From positions 59,943 to 123,942 of the forward strand of contig CAWETK010000011.1 of NCBI GenBank assembly GCA_963811905.1: a stretch of 64,000 nt of DNA, in the 5' to 3' direction. The stretch is from an uncultured Ignavibacteria bacterium (GTDB lineage Bacteria; Bacteroidota; Ignavibacteria; Ignavibacteriales; Ignavibacteriaceae). Position numbers and translations under genes: made by a program. Position 1 is the stretch's first letter, and every line of letters starts with the position of its first letter. Below are positions 29,648-40,329 of the stretch, piece after piece. The notes beneath the pieces were generated by a model that made no database searches, was not told where the DNA came from, and worked only from the letters and a program-made list of their open reading frames with translations.

Positions 29648-30199
29648 TTAATCAGTTATTAATAAAGAATAAATCGCCGAATCAAGGAACTTCCCGTTGA
29701 AATAAAAGTTTTCCTTAAAATATGCTTCCTGCTTAAATTTATTTCTTTCCAGAAGTCTGATAGATGCGGCGTTGCCGGGATTAACATTTGCCTCAATTGA
29801 ATGAAGCTTCATTGAGTTAAACCCGTAATCAATTACCGCCTGGATAGCTTCCTGCATTATCCCTTTCGCCCAATAGTCGGGATGAAGATTATAACCCACT
29901 TCAGCCCTGTAATGTTCTTTCTGAATATTCCAGAGACAGATCGTCCCTATCAGATTATGCTCATTCTTAAGTGCTATTCCCCATGTAACAGCTTCAGAAT
30001 TCTTTTCAAGTTCAGTTATCTTTTTAATAAATTCATAGGCCTCATCCAGGGATTGCGCAGGAGTCTTGTCGAGATAGCGCATTACCCTTTCATCCGAACG
30101 AAGCACAAATATTTCATTAACATCATCATTATTGACCTGACGTAGAAGCAGTCTTTCCGTTTTTATAATTGGGAACGGAGTAAAATTTAATTTAAGCAA
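29648..30199 (-). CDS. GNAT family N-acetyltransferase (RimJ/RimL-like)
   Basis: TERLLLRQV...W.IALK....LIGTICLW...A.VGY.L.PDYWAKGIMQEA...V..YGF....L..I.A.V...N..S..LLE..KF. Confidence 0.8.
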   Translation of the reverse strand: MLKLNFTPFPIIKTERLLLRQVNNDDVNEIFVLRSDERVMRYLDKTPAQSLDEAYEFIKKITELEKNSEAVTWGIALKNEHNLIGTICLWNIQKEHYRAEVGYNLHPDYWAKGIMQEAIQAVIDYGFNSMKLHSIEANVNPGNAASIRLLERNKFKQEAYFKENFYFNGKFLDSAIYSLLITD

Positions 30200-30200
30200 A

Positions 30201-30864
30201 TTATTTACCAGCTAATTTTTTAATATCATCAACTTCAAGTATTTTTTTATCATAACCTTTTATAACGGAATTGATCATCGCCTGTCCTATTTGTCTCAGA
30301 CTACAGACATACCCCGGAAAGAATAATCTGACTAGTGGAATCAATGGAGCGAAGATCTTATACATCGTTAGTGTATTATTTAGCCCTATTGTAGGAGTAA
30401 TTAACGCAGGACGAAACATATACGCATCTTTAAACCCAAGGTTAAGGATATAATTCTCAGTTTTTCCTTTAACCCTTGCCCACATAAGCTTACCTTTCTC
30501 AGAGCTGTCAGTCCCCGAGCCAGAAACATAACAGAAGGTCATTCCCGGATTAAGTTCATGGAAAGTATCTGCAAATGTCTTTGTAAGATCAAAAGTAATT
30601 TTTCGGTATACATTTTCTTTTTTGCCGACTGAAGTAGTGCCGAGACAGAAAAAGCATGCATTATAACCCGCAAGCTGGTCCCGGATAGGAGTCAGGTTCA
30701 TAAAAATCATTATGTATGATCTCCTTCAGCTTTGGATGAGTTACATTACAGCTCCTCCGGTTTATCACTAATACAGATCCAACATCAGGATGATTAAGAC
30801 ATTCATGAAGAACACCTTCGCCTACCATCCCGGTGGCTCCGGTTATTACGGCATTAACTTTCAT
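30201..30864 (-). CDS. NAD(P)-binding Rossmann-fold protein (atypical SDR/epimerase-like), interrupted by a 1-nt frameshift in a T5/A5 run (~30702-30706)
   Basis: The N-terminal piece is MKVNAVITGATGMVGEGVL...KLKEIIHNDF (track ORF 30661..30864). It continues as MNLTPIRDQLAGYNACFFCLG... (30201..30710) when one base of the homopolymer is removed. Confidence 0.65.
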
Positions 30865-30874
30865 AACTAAAAAT

Positions 30875-31612
30875 CTATTTTTTATTTCTCACGTATATCA
30901 GCTTAAATCTACCCTTCTGATTTTCAGTTATTTCAAATTTATTAATGGAATTTATCAGGGGTGTAAGTTTCTGAAAACCGTAATTTCGGGGATCAAAATT
31001 AGGCTGTTTCTTCTGAAGTAGATTCCCTACATCACCAAGGAATGCCCAGCCGTCCTCATCTGCAAGATCGGATATCGTAGTAGAGATCAGTTTGATAAGG
31101 GCAGGAGTAACTTTTTCTATTTCATTTTTCTTTATTGTCTTATCTTTTGAAACCTCAGCTTCGGTTTCGTCAGACTGGTTTTTAAGAATCTCTACATAAA
31201 TAAATTTATCACAGGCAGCGATAAAAGGGCCGGGAGTTTTCCTTTCACCAATTCCGTAAACTTTCATCCCTGCTTCACGGAGACGCGTTGCAAGCCTGGT
31301 AAAATCGCTGTCGCTGGAAACCAGGCAGAATCCATGAACTTTTTCAGTATACAAAATATCCATTGCATCAATTATCATTGCGGAATCTGTAGCATTTTTC
31401 CCGGTGGTGTAACTATACTGCTGAATCGGTGTAATGGCATTTTCCAGGAGCAGGTTTTTCCACCTTGTGGGGTTCGGTTTGGTCCAGTCGGCATAGATTC
31501 TTTTTATGGTAGGACTGCCGTACTTTGCAATCTCTTCCATCATTTCCTTAACGTAGGCTGAAGGGATGTTATCTCCGTCAATCAGCACTGCTAACCTTAG
31601 TTCTGTTTCCAT
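30875..31612 (-). CDS. NYN-domain (LabA-like) protein with a C-terminal OST-HTH/LOTUS domain
   Basis: LAVLIDGDNIPS...IKRIYADW...FCLVSSDSDFTRLATRLREAGMKVYGIG is the NYN domain. The C-terminal GWAFLGDVGNLL...FDPRNYGF.KLTPLI is LOTUS-like. Confidence 0.8.
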   Translation of the reverse strand: METELRLAVLIDGDNIPSAYVKEMMEEIAKYGSPTIKRIYADWTKPNPTRWKNLLLENAITPIQQYSYTTGKNATDSAMIIDAMDILYTEKVHGFCLVSSDSDFTRLATRLREAGMKVYGIGERKTPGPFIAACDKFIYVEILKNQSDETEAEVSKDKTIKKNEIEKVTPALIKLISTTISDLADEDGWAFLGDVGNLLQKKQPNFDPRNYGFQKLTPLINSINKFEITENQKGRFKLIYVRNKK

Positions 31613-31705
31613 TTTACTCTTTTGGGTTTTATTTAATCTGGAAAATAGGAAATATTCTGCACTTATCCTCTCCCGGAATATTTAGCACCGTACCTCAGGA
31701 CTTTC

Positions 31706-31825
31706 GAGGCTGTGTGAAAATGTAGAGCGAAACGCTGTTTCGCTTACCCTGGACCATTAAAAATCTGAATTTGTAGATTCTGCCGCCGCTGGGTTGTTCC
31801 CCGGGTTTGATTTTCACACAGCCTC
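31706..31825. mobile_element. MITE-like element (120 bp) with perfect 16-bp terminal inverted repeats
   Basis: GAGGCTGTGTGAAAAT (31706-31721) pairs with ATTTTCACACAGCCTC (31810-31825). The interior carries the hairpin AGCGAAA-CGCTG-TTTCGCT. The flanks ctttc|...|tttca may be a short target duplication. Confidence 0.5.
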
Positions 31826-31892
31826 TTTCATCCTTGGATATATTCGGAGTTAAAGCACTGCAAAGTTTACTTTTTGAGACGATAACGAGAAC

Positions 31893-32330
31893 CTACCCCA
31901 GGTAATTTTTAAGATTGCTTCCTATAATCTCCTGCCAGCCGGCCGCAAAATTTTCTTTTGCAAAATCGGGATTATTTTCAGGAAAAGTTTCCAGGCCTCT
32001 GTGCGTAAGTTTCAACCGGGTTTTATCTCCTTCGGGGATGAGTTCGAAAGTGACATAAGAAATTCCTTCATATCCGTCATATCTCCAGCTGTGGGAAAGC
32101 TTCCTGCCGGGAATAACTTCCGTTATTTTACAAATGTGCAGGTACTGTTTATCTTCACTGGGTCCGCCCGAAAACCTGAATTCAAATCCCGGTTCGGGTC
32201 TGAACTCCTTCAGATCAAAGTACCATTTTTTCATTTCATCTTTATCAGTAATTGCCTTCCACACTTTTTCAGCCGGTACATTAAATGTTCTTTCTACTAT
32301 AATAGGTCCATCCATATTTACCTCCTGCAT
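31893..32330 (-). CDS. SRPBCC (Aha1/START-like) domain protein
   Basis: IIVERTFNVPAEKVWKAITD...MKKWYF...GGPSE....H.CKITEV.P.RKLSHSW....EG.S.VTFEL.PEGDKT.L.L.H.G. Confidence 0.75.
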   Translation of the reverse strand: MQEVNMDGPIIVERTFNVPAEKVWKAITDKDEMKKWYFDLKEFRPEPGFEFRFSGGPSEDKQYLHICKITEVIPGRKLSHSWRYDGYEGISYVTFELIPEGDKTRLKLTHRGLETFPENNPDFAKENFAAGWQEIIGSNLKNYLG

Positions 32331-32337
32331 AATTAAC

Positions 32338-33307
32338 TTATTTCATCTTTCCCGGATTTAACCTTTTAATCATTCCGCCTTTGGTATCCTTAATGTTATT
32401 TTTGATTATGAATGCTGAAGGATCGATCATATCAATTTCATTTTGAAGACGTGCAATCTCCAGTCTGGTAACAACTGTATAAATAATATCGACAGGCTTT
32501 AATTCACCTCCGTCGGGAGCATAACCTTTTTCTCCCTTATATATAGTAGTGCCGTGGCCGAGTTCTTCTGTAATCATTTTCCGGATATTATCACTCCTAT
32601 CGGATATAATAGTGATGCCGGTGTATTCTTCGATACCTTCGATGATAAAATCAACTGTCTTTGCAGCCGCGTAGTATGTAAGGATTGCGTAAAGAGCAAT
32701 CTCAACGGATAAAACATAAGCACCGACAGCAAAAATTAAGACATTAAAAATCAGAATTATATCTCCGATTGTAAGTCCCGATTTCTTACTCAGGTAAATT
32801 GCAAGAACCTCTGTTCCGTCAAGCACTCCCCCGCCTCTTACGGTTAATCCGATTCCTGCCCCAAGGAAGAATCCGCCGAAAGCCGCAACCAGGAGTCTTA
32901 TCCGAAGTTACTACAGGGTAATCAATAAAATAAACTGCAAGCGCTAAACCTATTATTGCAAGAATGCTTTTAACAGCAAATTGCAGCCCGATCTGTTTGA
33001 ACCCCAGAATTATAAAAGGAAGATTTATTATTATAAGTAAAATGGAAAGTTCAAAACCAGTGACTTCGGCGATAAGGAGAGAAATACCAGTTACCCCGCC
33101 ATCTATAAATGAATTAGGCAGCAGAAATCCTTTTAAGCCGAACCCTGCAAGAAGAAATCCCGCGGTTATAAGTACGAATTCCTTGAAAAACTGTATCAGC
33201 TTTAGTTTCATTAAATCAATTTCCCTGATGATGCTGTCCTCATCTACCCTGGTCTTTTTGTCACTAAGGGCAAATCGGGTGAATATTGTTTGAAATATAG
33301 GATTCAT
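32338..33307 (-). CDS. YitT-family membrane protein (DUF2179 C-terminal domain), interrupted by a 1-nt frameshift (~32897)
   Basis: Track ORFs 32819..33307 and 32338..32826 join as ...YPVVTSDK|LLVAAFGGFFLGAGIGLTVRGGGVLDGTEVLAIYL... when one base is removed. Confidence 0.7.
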
Positions 33308-33728
33308 TTTTTGCCTGAGCCTACTGTCCGGTGACTATTAAAAATAATTTTGGGAAATATAATCAGATTATGAACCGAAGATAAGACGAGCAGTCTTAAT
33401 TTGCAATTTATCCCGGCCGCAGAGCGGCGTAACATTAGTAGAAAATAGCATAAGCAGTAGTCATAAAGCCGCAGAGCGGCGACACGTCAATTTCTGGAAT
33501 AACAATACATCAGAGAATACATATTAAGGTCAGATTTAAGTTAAGGGAACATTTTAAATAATAAGGCCATTAAGTGAAGTTCAAAACCGGCAGTTATACA
33601 ATTCTCAAACGGATTATCCAATTGCTAAATAGTGAGACCACAAATCCCCCCTTTACCGCCTCAGCGGTTTTAATATAAAATCAGATATATTATGAGGCGG
33701 CGATTATGATACTCCCCTGATTAATGAT

Positions 33729-34075
33729 TTGACTTTGATGCTTACATTAACTAATATTATCAAAAATAATTGCGGGAATTCAGTACAGGCGGAATGCATA
33801 TTAAATACTGAGCGGGGAATATATGGTCCGGTTTCTCATTTACTTTGGCACGATATCTAACTCTCTCTCTCTGCGGACGCAAAGATGAGCCGGGAATTTA
33901 TGTGCCCTGGGTTGTTCCCTGTAAATGAATTCTTTCAGTCCGCCATCTCTTATTTGCCGATTCCGGCAATTGTTAATTGTTCGTTACTCATTTCTAACTA
34001 TTTCCCTACAGGTTTTACATAGTACCGAAGAAATAAAATCTCTTTCCCGGGTTTAATATTTATTAAGAGGAATTT
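33729..34075 (+). promoter_or_regulatory. Conserved promoter plus ~320-nt leader, copy 1
   Basis: TTGACT (33729-33734), N17, TAATAT (33752-33757). From the end of the -10 hexamer to the ATG is 319 nt. The sequence is conserved with copies 2 and 3. Confidence 0.5.
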
Positions 34076-35824
34076 ATGATTATGAAATATCACCTCCTGA
34101 TTCTTTTGACAGCAATATCATTACCTGCATTAGCACAGAAAAATATTTTAAGTAATTACTTAAATAATCCGAATTATACGGTTTCTGTATCTAATGATAG
34201 TGTGGTTGATATCTATGATAAGCGTCATAATCATCATTGGGAGAAAAAAATATCTGTTTATCCTGAGAATAAAAATACTGCTGAGGCAAATCTTATTATT
34301 GAGTTGGATACTATTAATTTCCTCTCATATGACAGCTATTATAAAGAATGGGGGTATATCCCGGCAGTAAATAATCTTGGATCAAAATACATTGTTGTTG
34401 ATACAGATAACGATGGTAAAAATGAAATTTATGGTTATGGAGTTCAATATAACCAGGCACACTTTTTCTTTCAGCCAAGGATGTACAACCAGGTCAGTGA
34501 CTCATTGTTTACCCAAACATATTCCTTCCCCGACTCAGGCGCACCATTCTATGATATCGGGGACATTACTGGTGATGGACTGTTGGATTTAATCTTTGGC
34601 GGTTTTAACCCTCTTAAATTTTATAAACAGAACACTTCAACTGATTTAGTAAACAATTTCAACTTTGTTTATAATCCATTTGGACCTGTTTATCAGTTTA
34701 ACGATGTTACTTTTTACGATATTGATGGTGATGGAAACCAGGAATTAATTTATTACCTGTTTGCCGGTGAGGGGGATAGTGTTTGGTCATACAGTAATCA
34801 CGTTGCAAAGTACAATCCTCAGATAAACAATTATGAGATGATTTATTATAACAAGCCCCAGCCTGAATATTTTACTTCAGGCATATCAACAGGAGATTTT
34901 GATCAGGATGGCAAAGGGAATTTTGCAACCGGAAGTATCGCCGGCAAATTCTATGTATATGAATTTATTCAGGGCACCGAGTATGGCATTGAATTTACCA
35001 GTGAACTTGAAACCTATAATGCTTTCCTTACAATTATGACCGATGATATGGATGGAAATGGTAAACCGGAAATATGGATTGGCGGGGATTTTGGTAGTAT
35101 GCTTTATGGCGGAATAACAAGATTGTTTGCTTTTGAAGCTTCCTCTCCCGGCAACTACGAACAGGTTTACCAGATAGACATTCGCGGCTTGTTCTCGATG
35201 ATTTATGGAAAGCTCCGCTACACTGACCTTGACGGAGACGGAGGGAAAGACTTGTTCCTAACCAATGCAAATCTGGCTTTCGGGTTTAAGTATGATGGAA
35301 ACGGAAATTATTATATGGATTTTATAAAGAGAATGCCGGAGCTTGATACTGTTTATGTTTATCAGTCATTGGACAGAGTTGATATTGCTGATATTGACAG
35401 AGACGGCAAAACCGAAATTATTCCTGAATATACGTTATACAAAGGTTGGGATGGGTCCCTGGAAAAAAGATCTGTATTCCTTAAGCGGGACAACTTAACA
35501 AGTACCAAAGAAGCAAACACTTTTTATCCATCAGAATTTAATTTGCTGCAGAATTATCCAAATCCATTCAATCCTTCTACCAGGATAAAATTTACCCTAT
35601 CATCTGAATCTAAAATAAACATTAGAATTTATAACTTACTCGGGGAAGAGATAAAAGAATTGCTGACCGAAACCCGCAGCAGCGGTGAATATGAAATCGG
35701 CTGGAATGGAACAGACAGCTTTGGGACAAAAGTTCCATCAGGCATTTATTTCATTACTATGGAGGCAAATGCTCCGGATTCTTCGCCTTTTCGGAAAACA
35801 ATTAAATCAATTTTGGTTAAATAA
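34076..35824 (+). CDS. Secreted 7-bladed FG-GAP/VCBS-repeat protein with a T9SS C-terminal sorting domain (paralog A)
   Basis: It has a signal peptide and seven Dx[DN]xDGxx[DE]-type repeats (DTDNDGKNE, GDITGDGLLD, YDIDGDGNQE, GDFDQDGKGN, DDMDGNGKPE, TDLDGDGGKD, ADIDRDGKTE). The C-terminus reads LLQNYPNPFNPSTRIKF...IYNLLGEE...GIYFI. Confidence 0.85.
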   Translation: MIMKYHLLILLTAISLPALAQKNILSNYLNNPNYTVSVSNDSVVDIYDKRHNHHWEKKISVYPENKNTAEANLIIELDTINFLSYDSYYKEWGYIPAVNNLGSKYIVVDTDNDGKNEIYGYGVQYNQAHFFFQPRMYNQVSDSLFTQTYSFPDSGAPFYDIGDITGDGLLDLIFGGFNPLKFYKQNTSTDLVNNFNFVYNPFGPVYQFNDVTFYDIDGDGNQELIYYLFAGEGDSVWSYSNHVAKYNPQINNYEMIYYNKPQPEYFTSGISTGDFDQDGKGNFATGSIAGKFYVYEFIQGTEYGIEFTSELETYNAFLTIMTDDMDGNGKPEIWIGGDFGSMLYGGITRLFAFEASSPGNYEQVYQIDIRGLFSMIYGKLRYTDLDGDGGKDLFLTNANLAFGFKYDGNGNYYMDFIKRMPELDTVYVYQSLDRVDIADIDRDGKTEIIPEYTLYKGWDGSLEKRSVFLKRDNLTSTKEANTFYPSEFNLLQNYPNPFNPSTRIKFTLSSESKINIRIYNLLGEEIKELLTETRSSGEYEIGWNGTDSFGTKVPSGIYFITMEANAPDSSPFRKTIKSILVK

Positions 35825-35980
35825 TTTTTATTAAGGGCAATAAAATGTTAAAGTTAAATTGGTTGAATTAAATGATAATGATCGTTTCGAGTTGTAATGT
35901 TATACAAATACCATAGTCCCTCTTAGGTAACCTTCCCTTTAAAAGTGTAAATCACTAAATCATGCAAGTGTTTTTCATAT

Positions 35981-36086
35981 CTTTATTCGCCCTGCGGATT
36001 CAACCCTGTGTTTCCTTCCGCACTTGGGACATGTAATCTCGGGACTGTTCATTCCGAATCCCGGCGGCATCTTTATCTTTAATCCG
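35981..36086 (-). pseudogene. Relic of the last ~32 codons of an M48/HtpX-like gene
   Basis: The minus strand reads GLKIKMPPGFGMNSPEITCPKCGRKHRVESAG. By eye it is ~85% nt-identical to the 3' end of the intact gene at 40335-40440. Confidence 0.7.
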
Positions 36087-36110
36087 TTGAGGGTTGTCTT
36101 AATTTCTGAT

Positions 36111-36457
36111 TTGACTTTGATGCACGCATTAACTAATATTACCAGAAATAATTGCGGGATTCAGTACAGGCGGAATGCATAGTAAATACTGATCGGGGAA
36201 TATATGGTCCGGTTTCTCATTTACTTTGGCACGATATTTAACTCTCTCTCTCTCTCTGCGGATACAAAGATGAACCGGGATTTATGTGCCCCGGGTTGTT
36301 CCCTGCAGATGAATTCTTTCAGTTTCTCATCTCTTATTTGCCAATTCCGGCAATTGTTAATTGTTCGTTACTCATTTCTAATTATTTCCCTACAGGTTTT
36401 ACATAGCTTTGAAAAAATGAAAGTTTATTTCTTTCCATATCTATTTTTAAAGGAAAA
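36111..36457 (+). promoter_or_regulatory. Conserved promoter plus ~320-nt leader, copy 2
   Basis: TTGACT (36111-36116), N17, TAATAT (36134-36139). It is 319 nt to the ATG at 36458 and near-identical to copy 1 apart from small indels. Confidence 0.5.
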
Positions 36458-38233
36458 ATGATGTCGAGTCTTACAAGATCCCGCCTTATGGGAAAAGTTT
36501 TGATATTGATTTCTTACATACTAGTATTTACTGGATTTGCTCCCGCACACGAGTATAAGCCATACGACACCTTTAACAAAGAATATGAGCTGCGAAAGTT
36601 TGTTAACCAGGGCGGAAAAGTTGAAGAAGTATCCCCTGATGTTTATAAGCTTACAAACCGGGTTGGAGAAAGCAGAACTTTCTATCTGGACAGTAAAGAA
36701 AATGTAATTAAAAATAGCCAGCCTGCTGATACAACGATAATAAACATCTGGGAAATAGATACTACAAAGTTTGCAGGTATGTTTACTTTTTGGCAGAAAG
36801 TAGATGTTGCAAATATTTCCTTCTGGTTGCCTCAACCAGTTGAAGATTTAAATGATAATGGTCGTCCAGAGTTATACGGTTATACAAATACAGCTGATTT
36901 AGCTGGGCCGGTAAAAATATTTGAAAGAAATTTAAACGGAATTTACCAAAACATATTCAGCTATGATACGCTTACAGCATTTGTTAAAGGGATTGCTGAT
37001 ATGAACGGCGATGGGAATAAAGAAATTCTCCTGGCAAAATATGGTGACGGAGGATTGACCTATATCTGGAATTATGCCATTTATACAAGTGATTCCACAA
37101 GCGAATTGCCTATTACATTCGATTTCACCTTTTACGTAGATACACTCCAGATTGACAATATGGCATTTGGTGATTGGGATAATAATGGAATAACAGATTG
37201 TGCTTATACTACTGATTCTGGCTGGGATACTACAAGATTTGCCATAGCTGAATTTAGAGACAGCATACATAACTTTGCAGAAGTATTCAGATTTGCATCA
37301 GTTTTTGAGAGTGACTTGTCCGGATTTGCAATTGATGATTTTGATCAGGATGGCAAAATTGAATTGGTGAGTAGCTCAGGACCCGGTAATGTTTTTGTAA
37401 TCGAAAATAATGATGAAAATGAGTATTCAATTGTTAGTCAGTTTCCGTTTCCTGTTCCGAACACTTATATGCAAACCGCAACAAAAGATATTGATGGAAA
37501 CGGAAAACCTGAATTCTGGATTGGCGGGCAGGATTTTGAGGAAGGAATTACCGTTTACCAATGCTACGAAGCTAATGGAGATAATAGTTATAAATCCGTT
37601 GCCAGAATCGAACTAAGATATTCAACTTCATTTGCTGCAAATTACATTCAGACAATTGATATTGATAACGATGGTAAAGAAGAGTTGATTATTTCAAGCG
37701 GTAACATAATCCTGGTTCTCAAATTTGTTGGTTCTCCTGAGAATCACCAATATAAGCTTTGGTATGCTAAGCTCGGTGAAGCAACTCAGTCCGGAGCTCA
37801 ATTTTTCCTTCCGGGAATTGCTGATCTTAACGGAGATGGGGAGAAAGATTTGGTTATACCTATGGACAAATATACCCCATCATTAACTTATGTTTTCAGT
37901 TATATCCTACGACAAGATAAACCAAATCGAGTAGCAGAACCGACAAACAATAATAAATCATTTGAAGTTATTCAGTCCTACCCCAATCCTTTCAACTTAG
38001 AAAGTACAATCAGCTTTAATGTTATAGAAACTTCTAACGTTCAGATAAGCATTTACAATTTATTAGGGAAAGAAATAAACTCGCTGCTTGATAAAGAACT
38101 CTCCCCGGGAAACTATTCCATCCCCTGGGATGCAAAGGATAAATTTGGTAATTCGCTGCCTAGCGGAGTTTACCTGATTGTCCTTAAAACAAATAAATCA
38201 GTTAAGATTTTTAAATCTGTTTTACTTAAATAA
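36458..38233 (+). CDS. Secreted 7-bladed FG-GAP/VCBS-repeat protein with a T9SS C-terminal sorting domain (paralog B)
   Basis: Seven repeats (DLNDNGRPE, ADMNGDGNKE, GDWDNNGITD, DDFDQDGKIE, KDIDGNGKPE, IDIDNDGKEE, ADLNGDGEKD). The C-terminus reads IQSYPNPFNLESTISF...IYNLLGKE...GVYLI. Confidence 0.85.
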   Translation: MMSSLTRSRLMGKVLILISYILVFTGFAPAHEYKPYDTFNKEYELRKFVNQGGKVEEVSPDVYKLTNRVGESRTFYLDSKENVIKNSQPADTTIINIWEIDTTKFAGMFTFWQKVDVANISFWLPQPVEDLNDNGRPELYGYTNTADLAGPVKIFERNLNGIYQNIFSYDTLTAFVKGIADMNGDGNKEILLAKYGDGGLTYIWNYAIYTSDSTSELPITFDFTFYVDTLQIDNMAFGDWDNNGITDCAYTTDSGWDTTRFAIAEFRDSIHNFAEVFRFASVFESDLSGFAIDDFDQDGKIELVSSSGPGNVFVIENNDENEYSIVSQFPFPVPNTYMQTATKDIDGNGKPEFWIGGQDFEEGITVYQCYEANGDNSYKSVARIELRYSTSFAANYIQTIDIDNDGKEELIISSGNIILVLKFVGSPENHQYKLWYAKLGEATQSGAQFFLPGIADLNGDGEKDLVIPMDKYTPSLTYVFSYILRQDKPNRVAEPTNNNKSFEVIQSYPNPFNLESTISFNVIETSNVQISIYNLLGKEINSLLDKELSPGNYSIPWDAKDKFGNSLPSGVYLIVLKTNKSVKIFKSVLLK

Positions 38234-38247
38234 AAAGGTGGTATAAT

Positions 38248-38440
38248 ATGAAAAAGATTCTATTCTTATTCGTATTTCTGTTTTCAGCAGTTTTACTTGC
38301 ACAAACACAAAACTGGACTTCTGTTAAAGAGACAAACATCAATGTCGTCAATGCAGTAAATTTGGGCGGTGTAGACATTTTCACTAACAGGGATGGGAAT
38401 CATATCATAGTCCAGGAAGGTAATTATTTATTAACACGAA
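38248..38440 (+). pseudogene. N-terminal fragment (~64 codons) of a secreted-protein gene, truncated at the junction with paralog A'
   Basis: A good RBS and signal peptide (MKKILFLFVFLFSAVLLAQ) are followed by TQNWTSVKETNINVV...NRDGNHIIVQEGN. The ORF then runs out of frame into the start of the next gene. Confidence 0.5.
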
Positions 38441-38449
38441 GTTATAATT

Positions 38450-40198
38450 ATGAAAAAGTATTTATTAGCTCTATTAACCGTAACTGCATTACCTGCAATA
38501 GCACAAAATAATATTTTAAGTAATTACTTAAATAATCCAAATTATACGGTCTCTGTATCTAATGATAGTGTGGTTGATATCTATGATAAGCGTCATAATC
38601 ATCATTGGGAGAAAAAAATATCTGTTTATCCTGAGAATAAAAATACTGCTGAGGCAAATCTTATTATTGAGTTAGATACTATAGACTTCGCTTCCTATGA
38701 CAGCTATTATAAACTCTGGGGCTATATCCCGGCAGTAAATTCTTATGGAGTAAAATACATTGCCGTTGATGCTGATAAAGATAGTAAGAATGAAATATAC
38801 GGCTATGGAGTTCAATATAACCAGGCACATTTTTTCTATCAGCCAAAGATTTATAACCAGGCCATTGACTCATTGTTTACCCAAATTTATACTTTCCCTG
38901 ACTCCGGCGGACCATTTTTTGATATAGGGGATATTACTGGTGACGGGCTATTGGATTTAATCTTTGCTAGTTTTGATGGTAATAAATTTTATAAACAAAA
39001 CACACCAACTGACTTAATAAACAGTCTGAATTTCATTTACAATCCATTCCCACCTGTTTATCAGTTTAACGATGTTACTTTTTACGATATTGATGGTGAT
39101 GGAAACCAGGAATTAATTTATTACCTGTTTGCCGGTGAGGGGGATAGTGTTTGGTCATATAGCAATCACGTTGCAAAGTACAATCCTCAGATAAACAATT
39201 ATGAGATGATTTATTATAACAAGCCCCAGCCTGAATATTTTACTTCAGGCATATCAACAGGAGATTTTGATCAGGATGGCAAAGGGAATTTTGCAACCGG
39301 AAGTATCGGGGGCAAATTCTATGTATATGAATTTATTCAGGGCACCGAGTATGGGATTGAATTTACCAGTGAACTTGAAACCTATAATGCTTTCCTTACA
39401 ATTATGACCGATGATATGGATGGAAATGGTAAACCGGAAATATGGATAGGCGGGGATTTTGGCAGTATGCTTTATGGCGGAATAACAAGATTGTTTGCTT
39501 TTGAAGCATCCTCTCCCGGCAACTACGAACAGGTTTACCAGATAGACATTCGCGGCTTGTTCTCGATGATTTATGGAAAGCTCCGCTACACTGACCTTGA
39601 CGGAGACGGAGGGAAAGACTTGTTCCTAACCAATGCAAATCTGGCTTTCGGGTTTAAGTATGATGGAAACGGAAATTATTATATGGATTTTATAAAGAGA
39701 ATGCCGGAGCTTGATACTGTTTATGTTTATCAGTCATTGGACAGAGTTGATATTGCTGACCTTGATGGTGATGGAATAGTTGAAATTATACCTGAATATA
39801 TATTATACAAGGGGTGGGAGGAATCGTGGGAATTAAGGTCCGTATTCCTCAAGCGGGACAACTTAACCGGTATTAAAGAAGAAAATACTATTCAACCTGT
39901 TGAATTTGATTTAATGCAGAATTATCCAAATCCCTTTAACCCTGATACCAGGATAAAATTTATTGTTTCCTCTGAATCTAAGATAAGTATTAGAATTTAT
40001 AACGTACTCGGGGAAGAGATTAAAGAATTATTAAATGAAACCCGCATCAGCGGCGAATATGAAATCGGCTGGAATGGAACAGACAGCTTTGGGACAAAAG
40101 TTCCATCAGGCATATATTTCATTACTATGGAGGCACATAGTTACATACAAAATTCGTTGCCTTTTCAGAAAACAATTAAATCAATTATGGTTAGATAA
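38450..40198 (+). CDS. Secreted 7-bladed FG-GAP/VCBS-repeat T9SS protein (paralog A', same length as A)
   Basis: 582 aa, collinear with A. Two blocks are nearly nt-identical to A (about 38497-38700 and 39060-39765), separated by diverged blocks. Confidence 0.85.
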   Translation: MKKYLLALLTVTALPAIAQNNILSNYLNNPNYTVSVSNDSVVDIYDKRHNHHWEKKISVYPENKNTAEANLIIELDTIDFASYDSYYKLWGYIPAVNSYGVKYIAVDADKDSKNEIYGYGVQYNQAHFFYQPKIYNQAIDSLFTQIYTFPDSGGPFFDIGDITGDGLLDLIFASFDGNKFYKQNTPTDLINSLNFIYNPFPPVYQFNDVTFYDIDGDGNQELIYYLFAGEGDSVWSYSNHVAKYNPQINNYEMIYYNKPQPEYFTSGISTGDFDQDGKGNFATGSIGGKFYVYEFIQGTEYGIEFTSELETYNAFLTIMTDDMDGNGKPEIWIGGDFGSMLYGGITRLFAFEASSPGNYEQVYQIDIRGLFSMIYGKLRYTDLDGDGGKDLFLTNANLAFGFKYDGNGNYYMDFIKRMPELDTVYVYQSLDRVDIADLDGDGIVEIIPEYILYKGWEESWELRSVFLKRDNLTGIKEENTIQPVEFDLMQNYPNPFNPDTRIKFIVSSESKISIRIYNVLGEEIKELLNETRISGEYEIGWNGTDSFGTKVPSGIYFITMEAHSYIQNSLPFQKTIKSIMVR

Positions 40199-40207
40199 TT
40201 TTTAAAA

Positions 40208-40255
40208 ATTCCGGCAATTGTTAATTGTTCATTATTCATTTCTAATTATTTCCCT
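40208..40255 (+). repeat. Orphan 48-bp copy of the 3' part of the conserved leader
   Basis: attccggcaattgttaattgttcattattcatttctaattatttccct matches 33960-34007 and the equivalent part of copy 2. No gene follows it. Confidence 0.8.
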
Positions 40256-40329
40256 CGCCGGCTCACCCGTAACTCTGGAAAGTTCCTCGTTGTCTTCCCT
40301 GGTATTTGCCCCTTATTTATTTAAATAAT

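Noticed and set aside
33823-33888. A conserved upstream ORF in the three leaders (MV[RQ]FLIYFGTI[SF]NS...), including track ORFs 36204..36461 and 42837..43151.
   Set aside because: Only the first ~17 codons are shared. After that, small CT-repeat indels put the copies in different frames with lengths of 21, 85 and over 70 aa. The conservation is better explained at the nucleotide level. A short leader peptide remains possible but unsupported.
34076-40198. A diversity-generating retroelement acting on the near-identical paralogs A/A'.
   Set aside because: No reverse transcriptase or template repeat is present in the window. The differences are blockwise and not restricted to adenine-templated positions.
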